Positions 63,126 to 64,000 of a stretch of DNA of 64,000 bases are shown here, piece by piece. The notes beneath the pieces are model-generated. The model did not search any database, had not been told where the DNA came from, and worked only from the letters and a program-made list of their open reading frames with translations. This DNA comes from an uncultured delta proteobacterium. Lineage in GTDB: Bacteria; Myxococcota; Myxococcia; Myxococcales; Myxococcaceae. Positions within the stretch are counted from its first letter, which is position 1, and each line of letters starts with the position of its first letter. The stretch spans positions 215,108 to 279,107 of the forward strand of contig CAVZMH010000013.1 in NCBI GenBank assembly GCA_963776345.1, written 5' to 3'. A program made the position numbers and the translations under genes.

Positions 63126-64000
63126 GTGACCAAAGTGCTGGCGCAACGGGCGTACTACATCAAGCTGGGAGCGCGCGGCGATTGGGAAGAAGAGAGCCTT
63201 CGAGAGGGACTCCTTCGCCTCGGCTACGACGAAGCGCCTCACGAAGCTTGCACGTCGGGAGACTGGCGGGTCGTTTGGACTGCGATGCGCGCGATTCGCG
63301 CGAATGATGGCTCGGCGACGAACGATACAACGCAGATCCGGGCGTTCTACGAAGCCGACAACGAAACCGTCTTCGTGACGCTCGCCAACGGGCTCCTGCA
63401 CTGGTGCAAAGCCGCTCCTGGTGTCCAACTACATCCGAGCGGTCAGGGCCGGATTCGCAGGACTATCTCCGGATGGCACAGCAAGAGCGCTGGAGGGAAG
63501 TCGCTTACAACGGATCGGCTATCCGGCAACCTCCTCAAGGTTCAATCCTTCCGTGGAACGATCTGTCAGAACCACGTGTCTGGACTACCTTCTGCGCAAG
63601 ATCAACGACGAGCGACTCCCCGAGGTAGCTGCTGCTGAGGATGCTGAGGCTCTCCTTCTGAGCGCAATCGTCGGGCTGATGCGCCTTCTCACGTGGCAGG
63701 ACTTCGAGTTGCTCGTGGACTTGGTGTTCTCAACCAGCGGCTGGCGTCGTGTCAGCGTTCTTGGCCGGACACAGAAGACCGTTGATCTTGAACTCTTGCT
63801 GCCGACAACGGGCGAGCGCGCGTTCGTTCAGGTCAAATCCACAGCACGGGAGAGCGACGTAAGCGAGTACGTCGAGAGATTCACTTCCTCCCCAGCATAC
63901 AATCGAATGTTCTTCGTGTGGCATACGGGGATGCTAGGGCTTGATGGACACCCTCCCGGAGTGAGTCTTGTCGGTCCCGACCAACTGGCCAGAATGGGCG
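63126..64000 (+). CDS. Mrr-like PD-(D/E)xK restriction endonuclease (frameshift near 63570, truncated by window end)
   Basis: AAGGAG RBS and YYIKLG N-terminus. The second frame reads LTWQDFELLVDLVFSTSGW...QKTVDLEL...ERAFVQVKS, which contains the Mrr-type D...QxK motif. Confidence 0.8.

Larger units (their letters stand above)
61770..64000. mobile_element. Left end of a putative genomic island integrated at tRNA-Asp
   Basis: Visible shift to A/T-richer sequence after the tRNA, short direct repeats next to the tRNA, and accessory/defence genes. No integrase lies within the window. Confidence 0.55.

Overview
High-GC window, most likely from a myxobacterium (Myxococcota). This is inferred from gene content: sigma54 EBP with hybrid kinase, several GGDEF genes, fadIJ, short EF-Ts and a tRNA-Val/tRNA-Asp locus. 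1-17 kb: surface-polysaccharide locus with rmlBDAC, several GT2s, SAM methyltransferases (two fused to GT2), an acyltransferase, an epimerase and polytopic GT-C-like membrane proteins. 17-35 kb: core genes (sixA-like, cyaY, frr, pyrH, tsf, rpsB with its leader RNA, secA, M23 peptidase, PP2C, recN with LexA-like boxes, SWIM-SNF2 helicase) interleaved with three GGDEF-type genes. 35-41 kb: a second glycosylation cassette. 41-61 kb: nadK, rarA, AraC, sigma54 two-component module with a DGC, KimA-like transporter, fadIJ, hemE and trmO. From 61.6 kb: tRNA-Val and tRNA-Asp, then an A/T-richer island carrying a DUF1835-like gene and an Mrr-like nuclease. Scattered single-base frameshifts, including in housekeeping genes, look like read errors. 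The most unusual unexplained features are a pair of homologous, self-complementary non-coding elements in inverted orientation at 43.6 and 44.0 kb, and a 31-aa hydrophobic ORF with a hairpin-sequestered RBS upstream of rpsB. All alignments and motif matches were done by eye.
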